Below are positions 37,001 through 46,515 of a stretch of DNA of 61,894 nt, one piece after another (position 1 is the first letter of the stretch; each line of letters starts with the position of its first letter). This stretch comes from a virus (Duplodnaviria; Caudoviricetes), in IMG/VR virus record IMGVR_UViG_3300044568_000567, positions 1 through 61,894 of that record; one strand, written 5' to 3'. A model generated the notes under the pieces. That model was not told where the DNA came from. It searched no databases and was given only the letters and a program-made list of their open reading frames with translations. A program made the translations under genes and the position numbers.

Positions 37001-40000
37001 TTAGCCAAGTCTGCTCGGACTTGGTAAGCAAACCAAGGGTCTTTTTTTGTTCCAAATTTTGAAAGTGCATCCCTATATTTTTCTCCGACACTTCTTGCCT
37101 GTGCAAAGTAAAGCCCCCATCCATACGCTTGCGCTCCTTCACCAGTGCCTATTTTCTCCAGCTTGAACTTGTCTACGTCAAATGGAGTTCCGTGGAATGC
37201 AGGAAGGAAGTTGATCAACCCAGCGGAGGATACCAATGCGTTGGAGAATGGTTTGATAACTGCGTCTGGAGCAGGTTTTGCACTGGTGGTTATGTCAGAA
37301 GATTGTATGCTTTTTTCTGAGGTAGTAGCACCTATCATCTCTGAACTTTTCGGTTTTTCGGAGATAGTAGGTGTCAACTCCATATCTGGCAGCATAGCCT
37401 TGCCCCGCACAGGAGGCTCAATTTCGCCCAGCGAGAGTGCTTTCGCTCCAACCACCTTGGTTGGTGCGGAAATGCCTTCTAGGGGGCGTATACGCGCAGA
37501 GATCGGCTCGTATTTGGTGGGTTGCTCTGCTGGCATGAACTGCAACTGACCACCACGGACTTTACCTGCCATTTCGGGAGTGATGTTTACACGCCAGATT
37601 GGGGTATCCTTCATGGAAGGGATGGTGTAACCACCCTTGTCAATGTCTGGCCCTTTTTGCATAATGCCAGAGTCAACCTTCTCAACCTTGCCACCCATCT
37701 TTGCAATATACTTGCCAACCTCTTTAGGAAGGATTTGATCGTAGAATCCCTTCATTCCTTCGCCACCGACTTTAAGATCAAGTCCAGATAGTGAGTGATA
37801 TTCGTCACCATCCTCTGTTTCTCGCTTCTTACCTTTGTTTTCTTGCATTTTTTGTGCAAGTTCTTTGCCGAATGTTGCCTCTACTTCAGAGAGTTCCATT
37901 CCTTCTTTTGAAAATACTTCATTCTTTCCTTTTATGGCAGACGCTGAATAAAGACCATCTTCGTCAATTGAATAATCAATTGCATCAACCTGCTTGCTCA
38001 AGTCATATCGTTCGGCTTGCGTATCACCAGTAGTCCAACCAATCCACTTCTTGTCTGACTCCACGGCATCTCGCAATGCGCGTTTGAAAAGTTGGATAGA
38101 CCAGTCTTTTCGGAATGGTGCGTCTGGGATTTTTCCAACAACTGAAGATGATTCTCTTTTAAATGCATATTCAATTGCTGATTCAGCAGAATCTCCTGCC
38201 ATCCCATCTGTTACAAGATTACCTTCAGCATCAAATACTGACCATGTTAAATTCGATCCAGCTTTCCCAGTTTGTTTTGCTGTCCATCCCTTGGGCGATA
38301 TTAAATACCCCTTCTCCCTACCCGCCTGATGCCTGTCAGACTGAAACTCCTCAACAAACAACCCCTCGTTGCCCTGTGCGTCTGTGCGCTCATTGAGACG
38401 CATATGCGCTACATAGTTGGGTGTTTCGGGGAAGTGGGAGGAGATGTAGCCAGCCCTTTCAGATGATGGAATACGAACCAAATCAGACTGCCTGTCAATT
38501 AAACCTCTTAATTGTTTTTGAATTTCGTTCCACTCTGGAGATTGTTGTTCAAATTGAGATTGCTGCTTATTTAATTCAAATATTTGTTTTTTAAGTTTTG
38601 CTTCTTCTTCTACGATTTTATTAGGCATTGTCATCACCACCTCGCGGTAGTTTGCGCCACCGGGGAGTTGGTATTTTTTAAAGCTCGTGCTATCTGAATC
38701 ACCCTCATCTTCTTGACGAATTTCCACACTATCTTCCACTTCCATCCTTAATTCGTTTTCTATTTCGTCATTTAAATCTTCCTTAGAATCGTATCCATCT
38801 TCAAAATTATAATCATAAATACCATATTTACCACTATAAGCATCTTTTTCTTTAAACCATTTTGAGTTCCACTCTTCTAATCTTTCTTTAGCGGATTCTT
38901 CATCATCAAAATGTTCAACCTCATTGTTATAATCATCAAAAATTACATAGTCACTATCATCATACCCTATAGTATCAATAGTCCAGTCTGAAGCAACCTG
39001 AACCACGTTTGGACGATCAATTTGATCAAGTTGATTTTGAACCCAGTCGTATTTTGCATTCTCTGCTTCTTCAAGCGTGTCATAGGACTCTGATGTGGAG
39101 TCATCTGAAACAATCCATTTTGCAGTTCCTTTATTAAGAGTCACCTCTTTAAACTTAACAGCACCTTCATTGCGAAGATACTCCATAACCTTGTCTTTTG
39201 GAACCTTGCCACTGTTCTCCGCTGCAAGACGATCAATCTCACCTAGCACTCCAGACCACTTCAGTTCCTCGGCCTTTGCATTCTGTGGGTTGTTGACGAT
39301 TGCCTTGAGTTGTTCTGGTGACGCAAATTTACCCGTGACTTTCTCGTCGATGGTCTTTTGTAGTCCAGAGTACATCCCACGCTCGGAGGTTGGGTAGCGT
39401 TCTGTTTCCGCTGGCATGAACTGCGTTGCCGATGCTGATACCTCTGGTTCGCTTTCCATTGGTTCAAGTATAGCTTGCGTTGGATCAAACATGGATCGAA
39501 CGCGCAACTTTCCATTCTCTACATCAATGTACTCGGCAGGATGCAATAGATCTTGCTGATGCAATTGTAACTCCAATGGTTCAACATTGCCTTGCGCTGC
39601 TAGTCTTGCTATCTCCGTGTCAATTTCCATTGCCTGAGCGAATTGCTCTGGACTCTGTAATTCGGCAAGAGGATTTTCTGCTGGAAGATAGTTTTTAACT
39701 GCCAACTCATAACTGAATGGCATCTTTGCCAGTGCAGTTTCATCGTACGAATTAATTCTATCCATGCGTCTGGAACGAATAACTACGTCCCTGCTATCTT
39801 GTCCCTTTCGTTTAGGCAAGGTAGTGCGTTCTGGATTCGCATCGCGGGTTTCCTTTCGATAGACATTGAATAGATCGTTGATCCTATTCTTCATTTCCAT
39901 TGCTATCTCAAGGTCTGGATTAAGGCCAATATGCCCCTGCAAGCCTTGTTTGTGGTTATAAAGGTATTGACGCACAGAGTCCCAAAATTTGGTCATGTCT

Positions 40001-43000
40001 CCACCCCACAACCTCAAGTTGCGAGGACGCTTTGCTGCCCAAGCATTAGCCTTGTCGTGCATCCGTGACATCGACATCGTTGTCATCAAGAAGTTGCCTT
40101 GTTTATCAAATTGAAAACCAAATGGGATTTCGGTTCTCATTTGTGGTTGCAATGCACGATACTTTTTGTCTCGTATTGCGGCTTGGTATTCGATCTCTAC
40201 AATACTTCCATCTTTTCGACCCAAGATTTCATTAAAGAATGCAATCTTACGTTTCAGTGATGGAGCAACAAGGTCGTTTGGCAGTGCATTAATTGCAGCA
40301 ACCTGTGTTGGTGAAAGGGTTCCCCGATAGTTTCCGTTCCCTGTATCTTCCAACCTCACTCCAGATGCATCTTCAGGTGCTTCATCGATAGCCTTTCGGA
40401 TTGCCTCTCCACGTTTCTTTGCGCGGCGTTTTGATTCCCTTGGGGAAATAATGCGAGGGGATCCATCTGCATTCCTAGCAATGCGTGTATCAACGCTAAG
40501 AGAAGTCCCGTCAGGCATTGCCTGAAGCGGAATATCAGGCCCAAGTGAAATCACGTTGCCTAGCTCATCGACCAACTGACCATTTGCAAATCGATAGTCA
40601 CTAATGAACGAATCCACCTTCACGTTGGGTGGAATAACAATCTCTTGAGTCTGACCATCTGGGGTTGTCATTTTGACAACTTGTTGTTGCTCGAAAAACT
40701 CGGAATCCTTGTATCGTTGTTGCAATGCACGATTGGTTGAAAACACTGTCAAAGGGATTTCAGCCTCATCCTTAATCGGATCAGAATTGTAAACCAAAGA
40801 TTCATTGAGATCACGAAGACCCCTTTGATATTGGCGCATCATTGCGAGTGCCTCTGGGTTTAGTTCTCCACCAATAACAGATGAAAATTGCCCTTGGTCA
40901 TCAACAATGACTCCGTAATTACGAAGTGCTTCCTTGACTCGTTTTAGCGCACCATTCTTTGTTCGACTTTCAATCCAGTCCACAACAGAACGTCCCACGG
41001 AGTCTAAGTTGTTCCGTAGATTGCCTTGGATTCCACCAGAAAGACCTGCCAACTCTGACAGATACTCTTCTTTCATGTAGTTCCTCAACTGGTCTTGATT
41101 GGCAAAGTTCGACAAGAATGACGCTCCACCAGAGGCATCCATTGCGGCAGCATATTGCAATGCAAACTTATCCAATTCAGAGTCTGGAATTACACCTTTT
41201 TTAACAACTTCAAATGTGCCATCTGCGTTAATTACTTTTTGATCGAAAAGTTCTTTGCGGATTGGTGCAATCATGTCACGAACCTCTTGGAAGTTCGATA
41301 GTGCGTGTTGCATTTCGTGATTGATAACTCGACCAAGGTTAAGTCCATCACGTCCCATTTGAGTTACCAAATCACCATTGATTACAACTGTTGCACCTGT
41401 CTGATTTTGCATCTTCAGATGGTTTGGTTTCCCAGTCTGTTCTGAAATTGCAAACCCTCTTGCGGTAGAGGATCCAGCTACATCTTGTAGATATTGCTTG
41501 ATGGTTTGATCGGCTAAACCAAGCATCTCTTTCTCTGATGGAGACAAACGAGGGTTGCCAACAAGTTGTTGAAGCACACTTTCCGCATCAGTTAATGTCT
41601 TTCCATACAGATTTCGGTAGAAGTCCTCCATCTGATCTGGACGCAGAACCTTTACTTGAATGTTATTCAACCCTGCTGCCGCTCCAGTGGTCTTTGCCAA
41701 GTCCATTGCATCCGTGAAGCTCAATTGAACTTGACGTTTGATTTCCGCTTCAGTTTGCGGAGTCGATTTGTCTAAAGCTTTTCGTTGTTCTGCAAAATTA
41801 TCAATTTGATCTTGGATTCGACGCTCGTCATCCTTGTTTATCTGAGCAACTTTTTTTGCCTCTAGATTTTTGATCTTTAGATCAAGAGCAGATTTGATGT
41901 TGTTGACATTCGACAATTCATCGATGCTTGACATCAATGTTGGATCAGCGGTTTTAATGAATCTCTGAATGTCCGCATCTTCATCTTTACGCAATTGAGA
42001 CGGATCTGGTGTAACAATGGCATCTATCTTTTCAGCAAGCCCAGTTGTTGGATCAATCAAAGCACCACCACGCTCCATTAGTCTTGCTCCACCATACGCT
42101 CCAATACCCGCTCCAACTCCAGCACTATAACCAAGATCACGCGCAGTCTCAATATCAGGCAATCCAAGTGCCACATTCAATACAGCACCATTAACGGCAG
42201 GTTGAATAATAGCGTTAGATTGACGCACTGCCCAGTCAGCAAGCCTTGCGCGTCCCTTGCCACCCATTGCCTGTGGCCCAAAAAGTTTTTTGGTTAGTTC
42301 ACCAGATGTTGGTGCGCGTCCAGCTAGTTCAAACATCCCTCGTCTTCCTTGCCCAGCTTGACTTGCTACATCACCAATAGTCGTTGCAATACCCCTTGTC
42401 ATCTTGGCAGGTAGTTTTGCAGGGCCAACAATTGTATTTGTTGCAGTTTTTACGAATGTATCTGGATCTCCAACCGCATATTCACCAATCTTGCGTGAAG
42501 CACCTTGAATCTTTTCAATTCCAGATTCCAGTCCACCAGCGGTTTTTGCCACTCCCTTTGCAAGTGGTGCAACAACACCTTTTAAAGCTAATTCTCCAGC
42601 CTTGCGTGTAACCTTACCAGTGGCTTTTGCAAATGTGTTGGTAATGCGGTTGGTTCCCGGTAATGAAATCGGTGACAACATTTCACCAAGCATCGAAACA
42701 TTTTCATTAATCTCGTCCTTAGTTAATCCTTGTTCTTTTACCAACTCCTCATAAGCCTTTTTAGCAAGTTCTGCTTCTTCTGGAGTTGCTCCTTGAGCCA
42801 AAGCGGCAGCAGAAGCTAATTTTTGCAGTAATGGATTTTCAGCTAATAGACGAGCAGCATTGTCTGGATCATCAGCATACACTTTTTGAGCGAACTGACG
42901 CATTCCTTCACGAAGCATATATTTCTCAAATCGCTCATCGTTAGACTTTCCAAGCAATTTATCAGTAATGCTGCTTCCAAACATCGAAAATCGAACCACG

Positions 43001-43512
43001 GCATCTGATGTTTCTTGAATGTCTCCAAAAACTCCGCTAACTCCCGATCTCCATGTGTTTTTAGCTTCTTTTAATGTCTTTTCAGCCTCTTCTGGAGATT
43101 GAGAAATAGCATCAATTGGCTTTAAAACCCCTTTATACAAAAACTCACCAGCACCTGTTCCCAATTGCTTTGCAATATCAATTGCGGTAGGTACAAAAGT
43201 AGTGACGGCCTCGGATGCTTTTTGTGTAAAATCTTTTTTATCTTCAGCATCAAACAGAATTCTCTCTTGCTCACGGGTCAATTCTTGACCTGATTGCTTC
43301 ATTTGTTGAAGCGTACCTGCGTCTTTAATTTTAGTAGGACTATTATCTAGTTCATCTTCAGGGGGACTCCATTGATCTGGAGTATTTTCAACTAATTCAG
43401 CTTTAGGAGGACTCCATTGATCTGGGATATTTTTGACTAATTCATCTTCAGGAGGTTTCGATTGCTGTAGAACATTACTGTCTAATTCATCTTCAGGTGG
43501 TTGCCATGCCAT
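34024..43512 (-). CDS. Giant polyvalent (probably ejected) virion protein: zincin, EExQSD module, ART-like, HhH-glycosylase-like modules
   Basis: 3162 aa; HEMQH; VEEFQSD..PDAPF; FHGT..GWGLYFA..NYVVFD; ILAVTSQ..VVVDRH..VQAALW. Confidence 0.8.
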   Translation of the reverse strand: MAWQPPEDELDSNVLQQSKPPEDELVKNIPDQWSPPKAELVENTPDQWSPPEDELDNSPTKIKDAGTLQQMKQSGQELTREQERILFDAEDKKDFTQKASEAVTTFVPTAIDIAKQLGTGAGEFLYKGVLKPIDAISQSPEEAEKTLKEAKNTWRSGVSGVFGDIQETSDAVVRFSMFGSSITDKLLGKSNDERFEKYMLREGMRQFAQKVYADDPDNAARLLAENPLLQKLASAAALAQGATPEEAELAKKAYEELVKEQGLTKDEINENVSMLGEMLSPISLPGTNRITNTFAKATGKVTRKAGELALKGVVAPLAKGVAKTAGGLESGIEKIQGASRKIGEYAVGDPDTFVKTATNTIVGPAKLPAKMTRGIATTIGDVASQAGQGRRGMFELAGRAPTSGELTKKLFGPQAMGGKGRARLADWAVRQSNAIIQPAVNGAVLNVALGLPDIETARDLGYSAGVGAGIGAYGGARLMERGGALIDPTTGLAEKIDAIVTPDPSQLRKDEDADIQRFIKTADPTLMSSIDELSNVNNIKSALDLKIKNLEAKKVAQINKDDERRIQDQIDNFAEQRKALDKSTPQTEAEIKRQVQLSFTDAMDLAKTTGAAAGLNNIQVKVLRPDQMEDFYRNLYGKTLTDAESVLQQLVGNPRLSPSEKEMLGLADQTIKQYLQDVAGSSTARGFAISEQTGKPNHLKMQNQTGATVVINGDLVTQMGRDGLNLGRVINHEMQHALSNFQEVRDMIAPIRKELFDQKVINADGTFEVVKKGVIPDSELDKFALQYAAAMDASGGASFLSNFANQDQLRNYMKEEYLSELAGLSGGIQGNLRNNLDSVGRSVVDWIESRTKNGALKRVKEALRNYGVIVDDQGQFSSVIGGELNPEALAMMRQYQRGLRDLNESLVYNSDPIKDEAEIPLTVFSTNRALQQRYKDSEFFEQQQVVKMTTPDGQTQEIVIPPNVKVDSFISDYRFANGQLVDELGNVISLGPDIPLQAMPDGTSLSVDTRIARNADGSPRIISPRESKRRAKKRGEAIRKAIDEAPEDASGVRLEDTGNGNYRGTLSPTQVAAINALPNDLVAPSLKRKIAFFNEILGRKDGSIVEIEYQAAIRDKKYRALQPQMRTEIPFGFQFDKQGNFLMTTMSMSRMHDKANAWAAKRPRNLRLWGGDMTKFWDSVRQYLYNHKQGLQGHIGLNPDLEIAMEMKNRINDLFNVYRKETRDANPERTTLPKRKGQDSRDVVIRSRRMDRINSYDETALAKMPFSYELAVKNYLPAENPLAELQSPEQFAQAMEIDTEIARLAAQGNVEPLELQLHQQDLLHPAEYIDVENGKLRVRSMFDPTQAILEPMESEPEVSASATQFMPAETERYPTSERGMYSGLQKTIDEKVTGKFASPEQLKAIVNNPQNAKAEELKWSGVLGEIDRLAAENSGKVPKDKVMEYLRNEGAVKFKEVTLNKGTAKWIVSDDSTSESYDTLEEAENAKYDWVQNQLDQIDRPNVVQVASDWTIDTIGYDDSDYVIFDDYNNEVEHFDDEESAKERLEEWNSKWFKEKDAYSGKYGIYDYNFEDGYDSKEDLNDEIENELRMEVEDSVEIRQEDEGDSDSTSFKKYQLPGGANYREVVMTMPNKIVEEEAKLKKQIFELNKQQSQFEQQSPEWNEIQKQLRGLIDRQSDLVRIPSSERAGYISSHFPETPNYVAHMRLNERTDAQGNEGLFVEEFQSDRHQAGREKGYLISPKGWTAKQTGKAGSNLTWSVFDAEGNLVTDGMAGDSAESAIEYAFKRESSSVVGKIPDAPFRKDWSIQLFKRALRDAVESDKKWIGWTTGDTQAERYDLSKQVDAIDYSIDEDGLYSASAIKGKNEVFSKEGMELSEVEATFGKELAQKMQENKGKKRETEDGDEYHSLSGLDLKVGGEGMKGFYDQILPKEVGKYIAKMGGKVEKVDSGIMQKGPDIDKGGYTIPSMKDTPIWRVNITPEMAGKVRGGQLQFMPAEQPTKYEPISARIRPLEGISAPTKVVGAKALSLGEIEPPVRGKAMLPDMELTPTISEKPKSSEMIGATTSEKSIQSSDITTSAKPAPDAVIKPFSNALVSSAGLINFLPAFHGTPFDVDKFKLEKIGTGEGAQAYGWGLYFAQARSVGEKYRDALSKFGTKKDPWFAYQVRADLAKGDDWNTAFQKTYSEASDKVKKAMDVWTGPNDVMEPTGNLYKVDLDVKDEDLLDWDKPLSEQSEKVKSLITKIADQLKDKEFRKNASKTQAILARKSYEVVENSGLVGDEDFQEQPMSVFYNDIAQELSKQINTNEDNNVYTLPENTKATSEALFTAGIPGIRYLDGMSRTSASDTNRRDELLKEVPQLRKTLENNPRDWEMRKQFEDWLTASEKELAALEKQIKSAETAPTYNYVVFDENLIKILDKNDKPVQDELPRATGLQFMPAEREEKTKKNKDSLKLKMTKKALTDAALSQESWRDWYKEHQEVLEDFFGDYAELFQEILAVTSQASSVKANVGLALKAFGQLMRGEEFDARLRGQKKGGYLDAVIGNLNAIKNKTDVSGRKISNYKAANEGDVTRVVVDRHIARLLFGVDTPSKSQYDLAEKLLTEIANEIGWEPSQVQAALWAHSIVMSGKKPESYGAYLTKLESTKLKKRELASGLTGNQLTKRIGNLTDSGAGSIESSKGRGRYSPVSEVEINGVKPTGLQFMPARPIGKNEPLPDFETTIIKGITPAKGFQWDKATNVEIDIGGGRKMSFSYDPEYLEVPKFKDLIKELKGQPVILLEADRQRATGGDMGGPLHPFLKSNQVTITGPDGKKYKAVWANMTSTFVSGAKNRLASHGAKYALVHLMDPIAHKSNKRTARTLDKMMRKSKLSQREKEIISLSMQAGIIAGEKSAMSSAITALKRQMSSAKKDPEKIRIINEKINKITKEREDITPKGFYGEIFKAVSSIKKAISNVKTGNWAENSIEKANKKLEKYVNIKEYNELLKNNKSLYISDNIGNTFSDRGSAIGSILSFKFGKFDPSLVMRESSDFREGENLDIVTAVELSQNPDIFALYFGKDPKEEAAMSKAERKARDEMRSNPDFVEHEAYDWVMLGPEKGNNFLVKNPVKPEQIFKKYRETHAGETVVDGSAETVAGAMRKNAGFILRVDEDTQKVLASKKKNK
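35399..39424 (-). repeat. Four exact copies of a 15-bp linker encoding QFMPA
   Basis: GCTGGCATGAACTGC on the + strand at 35399, 36200, 37529 and 39410. Confidence 0.92.
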
Positions 43513-43513
43513 A

Positions 43514-45085
43514 TTATTTTTTAGTTCCAGTAACCCCGTTAAAAATATATTTTTGTCCAGACTTTAATTTTTTCCACTCTTCTTGCGATTTAATTTCTAC
43601 AAGATTTTCTTGCGATTGAATAGATTGAAAGTTTTGCGGCATTTCAACAGATTGAATTTGTTCTTTAATTCCTTCTTTTGCCCTTGATACAATATTTTCA
43701 ATCTCATCAATGTTTTGTTTAAACAAAAAGAAACTTAGACTTGGATCAATTGACCCAAGATTAGATGCCAACAAACTTAATTCTTTTTCACTAATCGCAC
43801 CCAAAGCACCACCTGTTGGAGATGCTGATTTCATGTCTGCAAGTTTTTTGAATGCAATATTACCTTGCAGGGTCTTGGTTAGCTTTTCAACGTCCGAAGC
43901 ATCAGTGCCGGGGATATAACTTAGCCAATTTGCCAAACCTCCAACACCGGGTGAAATGCCTTTATAGATGCTCCTAATCTGATTAATGGTGCGAAGCATC
44001 GTATCAATTTCACCAAGAGGCTCTTTTAATGCTTTGACTTGTTGTTTAATTTCACCCTTGGGGATCAAATCATAAGTTACATCACCAACTTGTTTTTTAG
44101 CACTTTTAACTGCTAAATTAGATGGGATTTGTTCTTGTGTTTGTTTTTTAACAGGAGGTTCAACGAAATAATAAGTTTGACCATCAATAATCTGCTGCTT
44201 AACGGGCTTTACTTCATAATTTGGCAGTTGCTTTGCAAGCATTTGATTTGCCATTTCAGCATCTTCCCAGCTTTCATATGGAGCAATCAAATCGTTAGGT
44301 TCATATAATGGAGCAGCAGCGCGAACCTCTGGAGTTGGTGTAACAGGGATTGCAGTACGAACCTCTGGCACAGGTGCTGGAGGAACCATAACACCTCCAG
44401 TTGCGGCTTGAATATTTCTAAGGGGAGGATTTGTAACAGCTGCAATTTGCTCTTGTGAGATAACTGGTTCAAATGGGGCAGTTGCAATCGCTGATGGTTC
44501 TTGAAATGAAATATCAGCCAAAACACCACCCCTATTAAACCTGCTAAAATCTCGCATTGGCAACTGTTGATCAACAGATGACACAGAAGGAAATAGTGAC
44601 GTTGGATCATCAACTGATGTTGGCCCTGTTGGTAATTCTCCATCAACTGAAGGGATAACTATTGGATCTTTGAAAAACCCTTTTCTTTTTGTGTTAATAG
44701 GAACCTTATCTCCACCACGTTCTGTTGTTAAAGATTTAATGTTTGCAAGTCTTGCTGCATTATACTCCAATTCTTCTGGGGTCTTTTCTGATCTGATTTT
44801 AGCAAGTGCTTTGTCTCTTTCAAATTTTAGTGCTTCATCGTCTGCTTTTTGAAGCTTATCATCGTTTGCCTTAATCGCAGAAAAAACAGGTTCAGCTAAC
44901 GCTTGGAACCCCTTTGCAGCACCCATGCTGACTAACTCCTGCTGCGCGGACGGAACCTCGTATTTCGGCATTGGAGTAAACTGAATGCTTACTCCAACGT
45001 CAAGAGGCTTAAGCGCAGAAAGAGGACTCGCCCCAAGACTTGCGGTCTGTGGGGTGAACGAATAGCCACCAGTGGGTAGTGCCAT
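43514..45085 (-). CDS. Putative ejection/DNA transfer protein
   Basis: GNIAFKKLADMKSASPTGGALGAISEKELSLL motif; position in the internal-virion cluster. Confidence 0.7.
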   Translation of the reverse strand: MALPTGGYSFTPQTASLGASPLSALKPLDVGVSIQFTPMPKYEVPSAQQELVSMGAAKGFQALAEPVFSAIKANDDKLQKADDEALKFERDKALAKIRSEKTPEELEYNAARLANIKSLTTERGGDKVPINTKRKGFFKDPIVIPSVDGELPTGPTSVDDPTSLFPSVSSVDQQLPMRDFSRFNRGGVLADISFQEPSAIATAPFEPVISQEQIAAVTNPPLRNIQAATGGVMVPPAPVPEVRTAIPVTPTPEVRAAAPLYEPNDLIAPYESWEDAEMANQMLAKQLPNYEVKPVKQQIIDGQTYYFVEPPVKKQTQEQIPSNLAVKSAKKQVGDVTYDLIPKGEIKQQVKALKEPLGEIDTMLRTINQIRSIYKGISPGVGGLANWLSYIPGTDASDVEKLTKTLQGNIAFKKLADMKSASPTGGALGAISEKELSLLASNLGSIDPSLSFFLFKQNIDEIENIVSRAKEGIKEQIQSVEMPQNFQSIQSQENLVEIKSQEEWKKLKSGQKYIFNGVTGTKK

Positions 45086-45089
45086 AAGG

Positions 45090-45602
45090 TTAAGCCCCGC
45101 CGAATGTTAGTCCAGATGCTGAAGGAACTGCGAATTGGTTGACCCTTTGGTTGCTGCCACCTGCGCCTTGGTTAGCCGCAGTTGTCATTGCAGGATTGAC
45201 CATCGTTGGGTTCATCATGTTTGCCCCCGTGGATGGAAGGGTTCCAGATGCCGCTCCAAGGTTTGCCATTGCGCCTTGACGTGCTGCATTGACATCGTAT
45301 GCGCCACCAGTTACTGCTGACCCTGCACTTTGAGCTTCAGTTGCGCTACGTTGACGAGCAGCGGCATCCTCTGCCGCTTTAATGGCATTCATGCCGCTTG
45401 CGTTCTGCTGCGCCCGTTGCGTACCTTCACGCGCAAGCATGGATGCTTGCTGGTTTTGAGCTTCAATCATGGAATTGCGTTGAGCCATGTCTGTTTGGTT
45501 CCTTGCAAGTGCAGCTTCCTCGCGTTGCATTTTCATTTGCTCAAGCAAGACCTTTGAATTGTCTGGTGGTGGTGGTGGTGTAGGCATTGATCCTCCTCCC
45601 AT
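45090..45602 (-). CDS. Putative internal virion protein
   Basis: MGGGSMPTPPPPPD start, Ala/Gln-rich. Confidence 0.7.
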   Translation of the reverse strand: MGGGSMPTPPPPPDNSKVLLEQMKMQREEAALARNQTDMAQRNSMIEAQNQQASMLAREGTQRAQQNASGMNAIKAAEDAAARQRSATEAQSAGSAVTGGAYDVNAARQGAMANLGAASGTLPSTGANMMNPTMVNPAMTTAANQGAGGSNQRVNQFAVPSASGLTFGGA

Positions 45603-45666
45603 AATATTACTCCTTAATTTTAATGTTAATTGTTTGGTTGGTTGTTAGTGAAATACATTTAATATT

Positions 45667-45951
45667 TCAAATTGTCAATTTCTTTCTCGCCTCTTTGCAC
45701 AAATCAGACCCCGGTTGGAATTGTCTGCAAGAATTCGGTCTGTCTACATATACCATGCAACACACTTTCTCACCAACTTTTCCATCCAAGGCAACGCATC
45801 GAGAGTCAGTCGTTTTCATTAACGGGTAGTCTTCCCTTTGCATTTCTTGAGGGATACCAGTCGCATCAGATCGATCTCGTCGCAAGACAGGCCAAGACCA
45901 CTTAAAGCAACAACAAGCACCGCACTTTTCGCAGTCGTATTCATCGTCCAT
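45667..45951 (-). CDS. YkgJ-like CxxCxxCC Zn/Fe-S protein
   Basis: CEKCGACC...RCVAL...C.VY..RPNSCRQF. Confidence 0.88.
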   Translation of the reverse strand: MDDEYDCEKCGACCCFKWSWPVLRRDRSDATGIPQEMQREDYPLMKTTDSRCVALDGKVGEKVCCMVYVDRPNSCRQFQPGSDLCKEARKKLTI

Positions 45952-46511
45952 TATCCCATTTTATTTGCACCACCAAAAGTCTCGCGATCACCACCTACCT
46001 TTTTTGCATAAGCACCAATTGCAGCAGTTCCAATGGATTTAAATGCATCTGCCCAACCCTGTGATGCTTTTTCCTCACCAGATTCAGGAACATCGTAGCC
46101 ACCCATTGACGAAAAATTAAGACTGCCACTTCCGTCACCACTACCACGTTGCATGGCAGACCAAGCTGAAGCGGAATCAGACTGCGATTTTGCCGCACGA
46201 TCATATGGAGTAGATGCTGTTTGCCCTGCTTTGCTCAACAAATCTTTCATATATTGGTTTTGTTGTTGCTTTTGTTCAGGAGAAGTCATGTCTGGCTTAT
46301 AGTCTGGTCGAGGTTGCGCTCCTGTTCCAAGTTTTCCAGAAAAGAAATTCTGCATGGTATCTCCTGTTCTGCCAAGTGCATTCGATGCACTACCAAGAAG
46401 TCCACCGAATTGACTGTTTGCCACTGGTGTTGACGATGATCCTATTGAACTTCCTGCATTAGATGCACCTGTCCAAATTTGAGGCATTTGTTGTCCGCTT
46501 GATCCACCCAT
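45951..46511 (-). CDS. Putative internal virion protein
   Basis: Gly/Ser-rich, MGG start. Confidence 0.65.
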   Translation of the reverse strand: MGGSSGQQMPQIWTGASNAGSSIGSSSTPVANSQFGGLLGSASNALGRTGDTMQNFFSGKLGTGAQPRPDYKPDMTSPEQKQQQNQYMKDLLSKAGQTASTPYDRAAKSQSDSASAWSAMQRGSGDGSGSLNFSSMGGYDVPESGEEKASQGWADAFKSIGTAAIGAYAKKVGGDRETFGGANKMG

Positions 46512-46515
46512 AATA

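Noticed and set aside
35399-39424. CRISPR array or DGR from the 15-bp repeats
   Set aside because: Spacing of 0.8-1.9 kb, in-frame coding, and no cas or reverse transcriptase genes
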